A DNA stretch of 63,862 bases, filler included, from Octopus bimaculoides (taxonomy: Eukaryota): assembly GCF_001194135.2 (NCBI RefSeq). It is 3 parts of 3 records of this genome, joined end to end, with 100 filler letters (N's around TTAATTAATTAA, not from the genome) between each part and the next. Parts side by side here need not be neighbours in the genome. Positions count along the whole stretch, not along the records: positions 52,297 to 63,862 come from NC_068986.1; 2 more parts are not named here. One strand, written 5' to 3'. This document shows, piece by piece, positions 61,781 through 63,862 of the stretch. The notes beneath the pieces are model-generated. The model was given only the letters and a program-made list of their open reading frames with translations, was not told the DNA's origin and did not search any database. Position 1 is the first letter of the stretch. Every line of letters begins with the position of its first letter. The translations under genes were made by a program, and so were the position numbers.

Positions 61781-62624
61781 TAGGACAGCTACGATGATAA
61801 GGTAACGGAGACAATGTTCACGTTCGTCACTCCTGCTCCACCTGAAATAATCATTGTTATTCTTATTGCTTTCCAAGTCACTTGATGCTACGAACCTCCT
61901 TGTATTCTCGCTACCTGTGTCTACCCCCTCGGTTCTAAGGTCACATTCCTAGTGTCCCCACAACCACTCACTATCACGGACAAAGACTATTTTCCGCAGC
62001 AAATTCAAAACAACAGTATTTCACAAATAAAACTTAACCTAACTAACCCTTTATTTTGTTAGTTTTCTTACATCCATTTCCCCGTTTTGATCACCCCATT
62101 ATCGCTCCATTTTTCTTCAACACCCCGCTGGATCTTTCCACTGCTCCTAGGAGGGGACGTACTGCCCACTTTGGGAACCACTGGTCTATTCTATTCTTCT
62201 TTTTCATCCTTCACCCACCATTTATAACCGAATATGTTCCAATCTTGACCAGCTCATCATATTGTTTTTTACTGACAGAGTATTTCTAACTACATTTTCA
62301 GATATGACCTTCTTTTAATCCTTAAGAACGGCAGGGTGCAGTCTGTGAATAGATATTTTTAATTAATTAAATTTACAAATATTGAATTATTCATAAATTA
62401 ATTCCTATAATCATATACTTCATCTTGTTCTTTTTGTGTGTTTATTTGTTAACTTCTAGACTTTTATTTTATACTTATATTTATTTCGTTCAAATCCTCT
62501 TGTTCTAAATTTTTTTCTTGGTACTGCACTGATTGCTGTGTCTGGGTGTTTTTGCTGTTTTTGTCATTATAACATCGTCGCCATTGTTGTTACCATCGCC
62601 TGTCCTTGTGGCTGCAGCAGCAAC

Positions 62625-62626
62625 AG

Positions 62627-62672
<46 letters not shown>

Positions 62673-62735
62673 GTTGTTGTTGTTGCTGTTGTTGTTACTA
62701 CTACTACCACCACCACCACTACCACCATCACTACC

Positions 62736-62817
<82 letters not shown>

Positions 62818-62872
62818 ACATCATTATTATTATTATTATCATAATAAAAGAAATCATTATTATTATTATTAT
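62625..62872. repeat. Compound trinucleotide array (ATT)-(GTT)-(ACT)-(ACC)-(ACT)-(ATT)
   Basis: Direct reading. Confidence 0.97.
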
Positions 62873-63240
62873 TGGCTGCAAGCTGTCAAAGTTATTAGCA
62901 TGCCGGACAAAATGCTTAGCGGCATTTCTTTTGTCGTTGCGTTATGGGTTCAAATTCCGCCGAGGTTGACTTAGCTTTTCACTACACGGTGGTCAATAAC
63001 ATAAATACCATTTAACCACTGGAGTCGATGTAATCGACTATTCTTCCTCCTTCAAAATTCCAGGTCTTCTACCTCTAGTAGAAACATTTATTATTGTTAA
63101 TAATATGGTAGTGAGAGCAACTAGCAGACAGAATCGGTAGAGTGTCGGACAAAATGTCTTGCGGTATTTATTTCAGCTCCTTACATTCCGAGTTCAAATC
63201 CCATCGACGTCGACTTTGCCTTTCATCCCACTGGAATCGA
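62872..63240 (+). mobile_element. Two adjacent SINE family A copies
   Basis: Heads at about 62872 and 63108, B boxes gggttcaaattcc and gagttcaaatcc. Confidence 0.8.
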
Positions 63241-63862
63241 TAGTAGAATGTATCGTTCTTCTGTACAGGGAACCCACGATGCACGCATTATGTAATGCGT
63301 CCTAACATATTTTGCGATGTTAGTTTATGTCCTCACCCACTATCATAAATACAAACAGCTGGTAATTTTCATTGCCCTATAGAATATCAAACAAATGGCA
63401 AACTCAATTCATCATCTTTACAAAGGAGCATCTCTGGTATTTATTCTATAGAACTGAAATATTTTGTAAAGTTTTTGAAAAATTCAAATGATGTTACGTG
63501 GGTCGTGAGGCTCAGGTAACCCTCATTTCGCCTTTTAATCATATTAATCATGTATCACCCATTTTTTCGTTCGCATCCCATCCCCCAACACCTTTTTATT
63601 TTTATTTTTTGTATTGTCTTGTTTGTTTTTGTACTGTCCAATCTATATCTGGTCCCTTGTGGACAATAAAGAAAAGATTCTGTTGAACACTTAATGATGA
63701 AATGTTATGTTGACAACAAAAATGACTTGAATTGGTGACATAGGGACAGAAGCTAAATACGGTCATATTTTGTTAATAACTATTCCTATTTGAACCACTA
63801 GGCTGTTGGTTTGATCCCACAATCTTCTTCGTCATCGTCCTTTTCTTCTTCTTCTTCTTCTT

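Overview
This is eukaryotic (metazoan) genomic DNA, AT-rich and dense in microsatellites and SINEs. The repeat families suggest an octopus or other coleoid cephalopod, which is inference and not a database match. Two artificial 100-nt spacers (N44-TTAATTAATTAA-N44 at 22188-22287 and 52197-52296) divide the window into three joined segments, so adjacency across them is unproven. The one confidently identifiable host gene is nibrin (NBN/NBS1) on the minus strand. I reconstructed 16 coding exons (50866 to 26826) with GT-AG sites and consistent phases: FHA, tandem BRCT, an Mre11-binding NFKxFxK motif and a C-terminal ATM-recruiting-type tail. The first coding exon is unresolved; the best candidate is 52793-52820, across a spacer, which would give 702 aa. 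The rest is mobile DNA: several mariner elements (one cecropia/Hsmar1-like ORF open for at least 336 codons, one 568-bp fold-back made of two transposase 3' ends), hAT MITEs with 8-bp TSDs, a solo LTR with a 5-bp TSD, RTE, R4/Dong-like and Penelope-like retrotransposon fragments, and three tRNA-headed SINE families plus one (GAT)n-tailed retroposon family. There are also weak candidate exons of one or two unidentified genes at 0.1-7 kb. I found no rRNA, genuine tRNA gene or CRISPR array, and no clear new multi-gene system. The most notable items are the intronic fold-back hairpin beside a frame-critical 31-nt NBN micro-exon, the open mariner ORF, and an unidentified exon with a strong start context.
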